DNA of 64,000 nt from a bacterium. GTDB lineage: Bacteria; Electryoneota; Electryoneia; Electryoneales; Electryoneaceae. The notes beneath the pieces are model-generated. The model was not told where the DNA came from. It did no database searches and was given only the letters and a program-made list of their open reading frames with translations. The stretch lies in contig CAXXKJ010000002.1 in the NCBI GenBank assembly GCA_963675295.2, positions 1,824,001 to 1,888,000 on the forward strand, written 5' to 3'. Shown here in pieces: positions 27,439 to 35,547 of the stretch. The stretch's first letter is position 1. Each line of letters opens with the position of its first letter. Made by a program: the position numbers and the translations under genes.

Positions 27439-29310
27439 TCATCCCGCCTGCTGCATGGAAGCCATCAGCATGCCAACGGTGCGCTTCGGGTTGATCAGCA
27501 GCACGAGACGGTCGCCGGCGTAGGTGGCGTCCGTACCCGCGAGAATCAGTCCGGCGAGTTGCTGCGAGGTGAGATCGGGCTTGATGACGAGCAGTTTCGC
27601 GGCGAGGTTGACCACGTTCGGGCTGGACATGGAGGTTCCGCTGAACGGAATCCGGTCACCGCCGGGCACGTAGCTCTCGACCTCGAAACCATTTGCGTAC
27701 ACATCCACCTTGCCGAAGCTGGTGAAATCGGTTTCATCCCCGGCCTGGTCCACCGCGCCGATGCTGATGATGTTCGGCAGACGGAACGAGCTCGGCAGGA
27801 ACTCCTCGAACTCGACGTCGTTGTCCGAGTTACCGGCGGAGGTGACGAAGAGGATGTCCGGCGCGTTACGGATCGCGTCGTACAGGCCCTGCTTGCCGAT
27901 TTCGAAAATCTGGCGCGCTAGTTCCTTGCGTTCTTCCGGTGTACCGCCGGCGTTGTTCTGCTCGAGGGCCGATTCGATCCCGGCGACGCTGCCACCCCAG
28001 CTCATGTTGACCACGCGGACATTGTTGTCCTTGAAGTACTGCACGACTTCCTGGTACATCACCGAGTCCTTGCGCGCCTGCTCGATCGTCGGCAGTTCGG
28101 GAATCATGGTGTGGCCGAACGACAGACGGGCGGCGAGCAGGCGGATGTACGGATTGCCCGCGGAGGCGATACCGGCAACGTGGGTACCGTGGCTGTAGTT
28201 ACCGTACTTGCTGATATCTTCGATGAACGGCTGCACCTCGGACTGCTCAAGCTCACTGATGTTGGCTTGCAGTTCCTGAGCTTCTTCGCTGTCGATGTTC
28301 GCCTGCAGGTCGAGCAGGCCCTTGGTCAGGCGCTGCAGACGCGGGCGATCAGCTTCGACATCACCGATCGGATACAGCAGGTCTGGGGTTTTGTTGGCGT
28401 GCAGATCGTATGCGATGCCGTGAGCGTCGTCAACGAATCCGTTGCCGTCGTCATCCTTGCCGTTGTCCGGGATTTCGTTTTCGTTGGTCCACATCTGGCC
28501 GGTGCGGACGAAGACGTCGGCGTCCACGCCGCTGTCCCAGATACCGATCACGACCGGGTCGGCGTCCTGGCCTTCCGGCAGTTCGACATCACGGTCCGCC
28601 CAGATGTCGTCCTTCTCGGTGGCGTTGGCGTCGAGGTAGGCGCTGTACACTTCGGTGACCACGCTCTTGTTCGGGATGTAATAGTGGACGGTCGTGTAAG
28701 CACCGAGCAGGCCGGTCGCGATGTCTTTGGAAACTTCACCGTCGGATCCGTCGATCACCGGCTGGACGGTCGCTTCGAGGCTACCCTTGAGCAGGTTGAC
28801 GGTGATGATCTGGGAGGTGCCCTTGGTCTGCTTGATCACGTCACCGACCACGTCGTACGGCAGTCCGCTGACACGCTGCGACAGTTCACGGCGCAAAACC
28901 GGGCCGATGTCATCGCCGGAACGGACGGCGGTGATGTACGATTCCATGAACAGGCCGGTGGTCAGCTTCGCGGCTTCCTTGTCCTCGAGGTCGCGGCGCA
29001 TCTGCAGATACTTGAGGTAGGTGTCCCAGTCCTTCTCGATCAGCGCGATGGTGCCGAGGTCGGCGTAGTAGTTCTTTAGAGTCGTCGGATCTTCGATCAG
29101 GTACGTGTCGAGATCGCTCTGCAGGTCCTTCTTGACATCTTTCGCCAGGTCGAGGATGGCGTCACGGTCCATCACAAACTCAGCGGCCTGCCCCTCGACG
29201 TCGTAGGTGTGACGGGGGAGATCATCCAGTTTCTCGATCCGGATCTTGTCCGCCGCGTACCCACTGACAGCGATCAGCAGCGCGATCATGACAAGCATAC
29301 TCTTCTTCAT
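27439..29310 (-). CDS. Secreted subtilisin-like S8 serine peptidase
   Basis: Signal peptide; catalytic triad WDSGVD / HGTHVAG / SGTSMSSP; SAGN oxyanion motif. Confidence 0.92.
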   Translation of the reverse strand: MKKSMLVMIALLIAVSGYAADKIRIEKLDDLPRHTYDVEGQAAEFVMDRDAILDLAKDVKKDLQSDLDTYLIEDPTTLKNYYADLGTIALIEKDWDTYLKYLQMRRDLEDKEAAKLTTGLFMESYITAVRSGDDIGPVLRRELSQRVSGLPYDVVGDVIKQTKGTSQIITVNLLKGSLEATVQPVIDGSDGEVSKDIATGLLGAYTTVHYYIPNKSVVTEVYSAYLDANATEKDDIWADRDVELPEGQDADPVVIGIWDSGVDADVFVRTGQMWTNENEIPDNGKDDDGNGFVDDAHGIAYDLHANKTPDLLYPIGDVEADRPRLQRLTKGLLDLQANIDSEEAQELQANISELEQSEVQPFIEDISKYGNYSHGTHVAGIASAGNPYIRLLAARLSFGHTMIPELPTIEQARKDSVMYQEVVQYFKDNNVRVVNMSWGGSVAGIESALEQNNAGGTPEERKELARQIFEIGKQGLYDAIRNAPDILFVTSAGNSDNDVEFEEFLPSSFRLPNIISIGAVDQAGDETDFTSFGKVDVYANGFEVESYVPGGDRIPFSGTSMSSPNVVNLAAKLLVIKPDLTSQQLAGLILAGTDATYAGDRLVLLINPKRTVGMLMASMQQAG

Positions 29311-29572
29311 CGTTTGCTCCAGGTTGAATCTGTATCAGGTGTATCCAGTTGTTACAATCTTAGACGATGCAAACATGGTGCAGGTTGCAGGGCGGAGCAA
29401 CAGCAATCTTGCCTCAGGAGAGGGATCTCTCGGAAACCGGAAGAAACGAACACTCGCTCCGGAACGGGGTTTATTTACCATCCTTGGCTCGTATATTCGT
29501 GCCTGAGACAGATAGCCTCATTTCCAACTAGTCAAGTCTGGACGGTTACCCATGTTGATGGATCAAGGCTAC

Positions 29573-30226
29573 ATGAAGTCGTTCCTCAAGTTCCTCGGGT
29601 ACACGCTGCTCGCGGTTGTGGTCTTTTTTGTGCTCCTGTTTACGACGCAGGATGAAGAAGAAATCGAGAATTTCTTCAGTATGACCAACTTTACCGAGCA
29701 GATCTACGATTACTGGGACTGGAAGCGGTACATCGAAGATTTCGATGACGTCAAGTTCACCGGGTACATGGACATCTATTTCACTGGTGACACGACCGGG
29801 TTGAACATCGACCAGCGCTACTACCAGTTCTTCATGGAGAACTCGTACAAAGAACACTTCGGCGACTTTACTCCCTTTATCAATTTCGACAACTTCGACC
29901 TGATGGAACGGGACGAGAGGGTCCGCGAGCTCTATGAGACCGCCCAGGATGAGCAGGTGATGATCAACCGGATCGAGGTCAATTGCAGATACTTTGGCTT
30001 CGGACCTGTGCTCTATAAGGTGATCATGCGTTCGGGCACAATTGGCGCGGAGGGCACGGTTGAGACGACTTACATCAACCTTGGCAGCGCGCAGATGCCT
30101 AAGTTCAGACGGTCACTGGAACACGGCATCGACCGTGAGCTGAAGAGTTGGGCGAAGCGGTTCTACAAGATCAAGGCCAACGACGAGCAGTTGAAGGAGC
30201 TCTACAAGAGCGTCTACCAGAAATAG
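29573..30226 (+). CDS. Hypothetical protein with an N-terminal membrane anchor
   Basis: Single hydrophobic helix; coding-like codon use; followed by a terminator. Confidence 0.7.
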   Translation: MKSFLKFLGYTLLAVVVFFVLLFTTQDEEEIENFFSMTNFTEQIYDYWDWKRYIEDFDDVKFTGYMDIYFTGDTTGLNIDQRYYQFFMENSYKEHFGDFTPFINFDNFDLMERDERVRELYETAQDEQVMINRIEVNCRYFGFGPVLYKVIMRSGTIGAEGTVETTYINLGSAQMPKFRRSLEHGIDRELKSWAKRFYKIKANDEQLKELYKSVYQK

Positions 30227-30301
30227 TGGGGCGTCATCCCGAGTCTCAGGGTTTGGGACGGAGATGGCCCTTCCGGATGGTAAGCTATCGGATACAGAAG
30301 T

Positions 30302-30334
30302 GGGGCGTGTTCATCAGAACACGCCCCGTTTTTT
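30302..30334 (+). terminator. Rho-independent terminator
   Basis: GGGGCGTGTTC-ATCA-GAACACGCCCC-G-TTTTTT. Confidence 0.8.
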
Positions 30335-30375
30335 CTCAGACTAGCATCGCACTTGGATTGGTTTGTTCGTTCGCG

Positions 30376-31110
30376 CTAATCGTCCTCTTCGCTCACCCGG
30401 TCGAGCGGATTGACCTCATCGGCCAGTGCTAGGTTGACACGCTGTACCGCATCGTCCATCGATTCCGGATCGCTGAGACTCAGGGTGCTGAGCCCAACGA
30501 CAGCGCATTCCGGCTTCAGGTTCAACTGGACATTGTTGCCACGCAGGAACAGCAGCGCCTGGTTGAAGTTGAGCAGGATGCCGGTGATCCAGACGATCTC
30601 GGCTTCGGTGGCACCGAGCCGGTGCAGGTCACGGCGGACAAAATTGGTCCACGTGCGTGGGTCCTCGACATCACCCCCGGCGAGCAACGTTGCCAGCGCG
30701 GTCAGGGCCCAGCGGTTGAGACGTTGATCGACGACAACGTCATGCGTATCGCAAATCAGCTTGAAAACCCCATCGTCCAACCCATCGCGCCAGACTTCCT
30801 TGTGCACCTGCTCGACGGCACTAAGGCGGAACTCCCTCCGCACTGAATTTCCTGCCCAGCAGGGGATGAGTTCGTCCAGGATGCCGTGCGTGTTGAGCCA
30901 TCGCAAGCCGCGATCCCGTTCCGGTGTGGCGAGGATAGCCCACAGTTCCTCCCGAGCGGTGGCCGGATCGGCAAACAGCGGCCGGGGCTGGTCAGCAAGT
31001 GCCGTTTCGAGTTCATCCGGGATAGCGTCACCGGTTTCGGCCAGCTTCCTTGCGGCCTGCATGCAGCTCATCGGGTCAACCGTGGCGGTTGATTGTGTCG
31101 GTTCAGCCAT
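30376..31110 (-). CDS. Hypothetical helical protein resembling the body domain of CCA-adding enzyme/poly(A) polymerase
   Basis: AREELWAIL...RGLRWL...GILDELIP resembles the PolyA_pol RNA-binding segment; no DxD head and no HD motif. Confidence 0.55.
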   Translation of the reverse strand: MAEPTQSTATVDPMSCMQAARKLAETGDAIPDELETALADQPRPLFADPATAREELWAILATPERDRGLRWLNTHGILDELIPCWAGNSVRREFRLSAVEQVHKEVWRDGLDDGVFKLICDTHDVVVDQRLNRWALTALATLLAGGDVEDPRTWTNFVRRDLHRLGATEAEIVWITGILLNFNQALLFLRGNNVQLNLKPECAVVGLSTLSLSDPESMDDAVQRVNLALADEVNPLDRVSEEDD

Positions 31111-31331
31111 GTGTAACTCTGCGTTTACCAGGGTGGCCGGGCCGGGAGAATCCGGTGGAAAGGACGTGCTTGCGGCAATCAGAAACCCAGATCGCTCCCC
31201 CCGCGCTTCTATCTAACTTAGACGGATGCATCGTGCCGCGAAAGCGTCAGGTCTAAATCGCGGAAAGATTTCCACGATCTCGTGGCTCAGGGAGCACGCC
31301 AAACCTTGGGTGCGGTTCCAGCCCTAGAGAC

Positions 31332-31361
31332 AAAAAAGCCGGGTGCGATTGCATCCGGCTT
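31332..31361 (-). terminator. Rho-independent terminator of the lipoprotein gene
   Basis: A6-GCCGGGTGC-GATT-GCATCCGGC. Confidence 0.75.
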
Positions 31362-31382
31362 GATGTAGACAACGATCAGAAC

Positions 31383-32276
31383 TTAGAACGGGTGTTCGGT
31401 TTCCCAGTTTTCGCTCTTCAGAGTGTAGTGACCGCTCATACCGCCATAGGACACGGAATCGACCACGAAGCGCACGTACTCTTCGCCTGCGATGTAGCCG
31501 GTACCGGTGCCGGTGCCATCCGAGTTGATGTCAAACATGGTTTCCAGCAGCACGAGCTGCGGCGTGGCGTTCTGGCCGAAAATCGGATAATACAGCTCAG
31601 ATTCGTAGTGACCGGAATAGTCACCTTCAACCATCGACACATCACTCCAGGACACGTTGTACGCGTATTCGTAGTTCACTTCCTGGCCCTGGATGTCGAG
31701 CACGTACTTGTAGCTGTAGCTCCACGCACCATCAAACATCGTGCGCGCAGCGTTCACCTCGCCCCAGTAGTCGTACATGATTTCGATCGTCGCGTATTCC
31801 GTGTACGTGGAGTACATCCGGTACTCGACCTTGGTTACGTCTTCGCCTTCGTGGGCGGGATCCCACACGTCCGGGGTCAGGCGGACCATGAAGTCACCAA
31901 AGCCCTGGTAGTCTTCGGAGGTGTACCAACCATCGTTATCCGGACCGGTGAATCCCTCTGGCGGATCGGCGACCATGAACATCTGCTTGAAGCCATCTGT
32001 CGGCTCAACGCTCATCGGACCGGCGAAACCACCACCATTGAAGCTGCCTTTCATCGCGAAAGCCTGGGAGATCCCCGCTTCAGTCTGCAGGATCATGCCG
32101 TCTTCCGCAGCCTGACTCAGCTCCGCTTCCGACAGTTCGTCAGCGGTCAGATCGCCACCGGACGGACCAGTCGGGTTGTTGTTATCGTCATCATCATCTT
32201 CCGGACAACCCACCACAAACATCGCGGCCAGCATCATCACCAGCAGCAGAGTCAACCATTTGCTTCTCTTCATCAC
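31383..32276 (-). CDS. Acidic beta-rich lipoprotein
   Basis: Lipobox FVVG-C followed by a PEDDDDDNNNPTGP linker; AAGGAG RBS. Confidence 0.8.
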   Translation of the reverse strand: MMKRSKWLTLLLVMMLAAMFVVGCPEDDDDDNNNPTGPSGGDLTADELSEAELSQAAEDGMILQTEAGISQAFAMKGSFNGGGFAGPMSVEPTDGFKQMFMVADPPEGFTGPDNDGWYTSEDYQGFGDFMVRLTPDVWDPAHEGEDVTKVEYRMYSTYTEYATIEIMYDYWGEVNAARTMFDGAWSYSYKYVLDIQGQEVNYEYAYNVSWSDVSMVEGDYSGHYESELYYPIFGQNATPQLVLLETMFDINSDGTGTGTGYIAGEEYVRFVVDSVSYGGMSGHYTLKSENWETEHPF

Positions 32277-32407
32277 TAACTCCTTGACCGTTTCTTCTCC
32301 CTTTTCCTCGATCTGCTACATGCAGTTACTACTTTTTCGTGCTAACAACTCATGAACTGTGTCACTAAAAAGAGCATTGTTCATGGGTTTTAGGCGTATA
32401 CGAACTA

Positions 32408-32421
32408 GTAGGACGGCCTAA
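32408..32421 (-). promoter_or_regulatory. TTAGG-N4-CCTA operator between the lipoprotein and radC
   Basis: Reverse complement TTAGGCCGTCCTAC; extra half-site TTAGGCG at 32390. Confidence 0.4.
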
Positions 32422-32565
32422 TATCAGAATTCCCAAACTCAAAGGCAAGGGTTAGTTTCGGTTAACTCACACAAAGGAAACAGAGCCCATGGGTTCCGGC
32501 GATCTTGAATACGCTCCCGGGGGTGATGCAGAAATCGTCGAAATCGTCGTATACTTTGCCCAGGC

Positions 32566-33942
32566 ATGCAACCGGGATTGGCAGGACTCATGAGTAGCAG
32601 TTGGTTTGACGGACAACAGGGCGACACTGCTGTCGTGGTCGGAGGAGGGGATGGCCTCGCCCGCTATATCCGCACTCACTTCAAGCGCGTCATCGCCGCC
32701 GATCCCGCCCGTTCCCTTGGTGAACCCCCACGTACCCGTGCCTTGCAGGAAGGCGAAATCCTGTTTGTCCAGGGCATTGACGCCCAGCCCGACCGTCTTC
32801 CCGGCGGCTGCGACCTCATCGTGCTGGCGTTCACCCTGGCGCGCCAGGACGATCCGGCTTCGTTTCTCGAACCGTGGGTGAAATTGCTCAATCATCAGGG
32901 CCGGTTGGTGATCGTCGAATGGAGTCCCAACGCCGGCAAGTTCGGCCAGGAGCAGAAGCTGCACCGTGAGCTGCTGGACGCATTGGCGGAGGGTGGACGG
33001 CTGCACCCGCCGGCCAGCCGGGATGTCGTCCACTGGATGCAGGGCTGCGGGTTGGTCCACGTGCGCCAGTTGACCGAGTCGGACCCAGCGTTCTTCAGCG
33101 ACAGCGATTCCCGTCTGCTCGCCGCCGAGGGATTGAGTGAACTGCTGGCGCTGGGATTGGCGGACAGCGAACTCGGCACGCGATTACGGGAACAACGCCG
33201 CATCCATCCTGGCCCGGTGCTGATCGCACACGGCGTCCACAAGGCGCTGCCGGAACCGGTAGGTAGCGAACAGCTCGCTGATTCCGAGAACGGTCCGGGC
33301 GCGATGATCCCGCAGGTTGCCGGCGTTGAATCGGAGCTCGACAATGATGCGCCGCTGTCCGACTTGCTCGCGGGGGTGCTGGACGGCGAGGTGGATCAGC
33401 CGAAACAGATCGCGAAACGGCTGCTGCGCATGTTCGGCGGGAAAGCGTTGACGCAGATCCGGGACGCGTCTCTGCTCGCTCGCGAGGGCGGGCTCACCAT
33501 TGACGCCGCCGAACGCCTGATCCGCATCTTCGCGCTGGGCCGGCGGCTGTATTCCAGCTCCAACGACGTCGAAATCCACGGTCCCGAGGACGCCTACCAA
33601 TTCCTCGCGCCGCAAATGGCGCAACTCACCCGTGAACACTTTCGCGGGCTGTACCTTAATGTGAAGGGCGGCCTGGTTGTCGACGAGGTGATCAGCATTG
33701 GCACGTTGACCTCCGCGCTGGTGCATCCACGTGAAGTCTTCGGCCCGGCGATCGAGAAGCACTGCCATTCGGTGCTGATCGCGCACAACCACCCCAGCGG
33801 CGATCCCGCACCCTCACCCGAGGACATCCACCTCACCCGTGAGCTGGCCGAGGCCGGCCGGTTGCTCAACATCGAGCTGCTCGACCATATCATCATCGGC
33901 CGCGACACCTACGTCTCGCTGAAAGAACGCCGTCACTTCTGA
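32566..33942 (+). CDS. radC: RadC/JAB-domain protein with an N-terminal methyltransferase-like extension
   Basis: C-terminal REHF, SIGTL..ALVHPREVF, AHNHPSGDPAPSPED, LLDHIIIG; N-terminal about 230 aa with a degenerate SAM-MTase-like pattern. Confidence 0.82.
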   Translation: MQPGLAGLMSSSWFDGQQGDTAVVVGGGDGLARYIRTHFKRVIAADPARSLGEPPRTRALQEGEILFVQGIDAQPDRLPGGCDLIVLAFTLARQDDPASFLEPWVKLLNHQGRLVIVEWSPNAGKFGQEQKLHRELLDALAEGGRLHPPASRDVVHWMQGCGLVHVRQLTESDPAFFSDSDSRLLAAEGLSELLALGLADSELGTRLREQRRIHPGPVLIAHGVHKALPEPVGSEQLADSENGPGAMIPQVAGVESELDNDAPLSDLLAGVLDGEVDQPKQIAKRLLRMFGGKALTQIRDASLLAREGGLTIDAAERLIRIFALGRRLYSSSNDVEIHGPEDAYQFLAPQMAQLTREHFRGLYLNVKGGLVVDEVISIGTLTSALVHPREVFGPAIEKHCHSVLIAHNHPSGDPAPSPEDIHLTRELAEAGRLLNIELLDHIIIGRDTYVSLKERRHF

Positions 33943-34088
33943 ACGTCTCCCCGTTCTGAGATCGTACCCGTGTACGCTTGCGGACGCGGACATGACGCGG
34001 GATGCCACATCCTCCTGATTCCCCGTCTCCCCGTTCCCTGATTCGCTCCAACAGTCCGGAACATGCCCCAATCCTCTTGAGTGCCAAG

Positions 34089-34140
34089 TTCGGATCGCCT
34101 AATATTCCGCTCCTGACGTGCTTCTCTTAGGAGCTCCTAA
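34089..34140. promoter_or_regulatory. Two TTAGG-N4-CCTAA operators upstream of SOD copy 2
   Basis: TTCGGATCGCCTAA 34089-102 and the perfect palindrome TTAGGAGCTCCTAA 34127-140. Confidence 0.6.
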
Positions 34141-34222
34141 CAGAGCCGCAACGTCCGCGCGGAAGCTGCATCCAAACGGCACAGGCACAACGATCACTTG
34201 AACGATAAACATGGAGAGAACG

Positions 34223-34819
34223 ATGGCCTACACACTTCCGGAACTTCCGTACGCGTACGACGCGCTCGAACCGCACATTGACGAGCAGACCATGCGTCTG
34301 CATCACGATATCCACCATAAGGGTTACGTTGACGGCCTGAACGCCACGCTCGAGAAGATGGCGAAGGCTCGCGAAACCGGCAACTTTGCGGGCATGGATG
34401 CGCTGAGCAAGGACCTCGCGTTCCACGGGTCCGGCCACGCGTTGCACACCATCTTCTGGACCAACATGGGCCCGAACGGTGGCGGTCCGGCGACCGGCGA
34501 CATCGCGGCGCAGATTGACAAGGACTTCGGCAGCTTTGACGCGTTCAAGGCGCACTTTACCGCCGCCTCGAACCAGGTCAAGGGCAGCGGCTGGGGCATC
34601 CTCGGCTGGCACAAGGAATTCGGCAAGCTGATGATCATCCAGGCGCAGCTGCACAACGACATGACCGTGCACGGCATCACCCCGCTGCTCGTGCTGGACG
34701 TTTGGGAGCATGCGTACTACCTGAAGTACCAGAACAAGCGGGCGGCATACACCGACGCGTTCTTCAACGTGATCAACTGGGATGACGTGAACGTACGTTT
34801 CAAGGCGGCGCAGGCATAA
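34223..34819 (+). CDS. sod: Fe/Mn superoxide dismutase (copy 2)
   Basis: LPELPYAYDALEPHID, HHDIHH, HTIFW, GSGW, DVWEHAYY. Confidence 0.95.
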   Translation: MAYTLPELPYAYDALEPHIDEQTMRLHHDIHHKGYVDGLNATLEKMAKARETGNFAGMDALSKDLAFHGSGHALHTIFWTNMGPNGGGPATGDIAAQIDKDFGSFDAFKAHFTAASNQVKGSGWGILGWHKEFGKLMIIQAQLHNDMTVHGITPLLVLDVWEHAYYLKYQNKRAAYTDAFFNVINWDDVNVRFKAAQA

Positions 34820-34859
34820 GCTGGCAAACGCATCGCTTGAACAATTCGATTTCGTATAC

Positions 34860-34894
34860 AAAGTGCCTTAGGCTACGGCCTGTGGCACTTTTTT
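34860..34894 (+). terminator. Rho-independent terminator after SOD copy 2
   Basis: AAAGTGCC...GGC-TACG-GCC...GGCACTTTTTTT. Confidence 0.75.
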
Positions 34895-34965
34895 GTGCGT
34901 CGCACCTGACTGTTCGACCGACGCTCTGACTCGTCAGGTGCCCTTGTGACCCGAACTATGCCCCT

Positions 34966-35421
34966 GTGACCGTGCGTCACCGTCCCCGGCTGCTGTCGGA
35001 CAACGGGCCGTGCTACGTGTCGAAAGAACTGGCAAAGTACCTGTCAGAGCAGAAGATGGACCATACGCGTGGCAAGCCGTATCACCCGATGACACAGGGC
35101 AAGATCGAACGCTACCACCGTACGATGAAGAACCTGGTCAAGCTGCAGAACTACTGGTTTCCGGACGACTTACGACGTCAGATCGACGCTTTCGTAACCT
35201 GGTACAACCACGAACGTGTCCATGAATCACTGGACAACATCACCCCGGCCGACATGTACCACGGCCGCTATCACGAAATTCAGACCAAACGTGAGGAGAT
35301 CAAACGGAAGACACTGCAGGAAAGAAGGAAGCAAAACTTGAGATCAACACGAGAAAAACACTCGGATACAGAACACCGAAAGAGATCCTCTTCAACGACA
35401 AAACCTAAGCGGTGCATCTAA
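34966..35421 (+). pseudogene. Truncated DDE (rve) transposase of IS481/IS3 type, C-terminal part only
   Basis: LLSDNGPCY, RGKPYHPMTQGKIERYH, YNHER.HESL..ITP; HTH and first catalytic Asp absent. Confidence 0.82.
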
Positions 35422-35455
35422 TCTTGAAATTTGCGTTTTCATAGTGCCAGAATCA

Positions 35456-35491
35456 CAAAACCCCAGCTTGGACACAAGCTGGGGTTTGTTT
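35456..35491. terminator. Bidirectional terminator between convergent genes
   Basis: CAAAACCCCAGCTTG-GACA-CAAGCTGGGGTTTGTTT. Confidence 0.75.
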
Positions 35492-35547
35492 CTGTCTGCT
35501 ATCCGATCCAACTATTTGTACTACCTGAAACCAATCGGTTGCCTCTC

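Noticed and set aside
32489-32593. 34-codon ORF with an AAAGGA RBS upstream of the radC fusion
   Set aside because: No recognisable features; cannot be distinguished from chance
33940-34045. Degenerate pyrimidine-rich 8-mers (CCCCGTTC/CCCCGTCT) after radC; similar ones near 48565
   Set aside because: Too short and degenerate to call; probably low-complexity intergenic repeats
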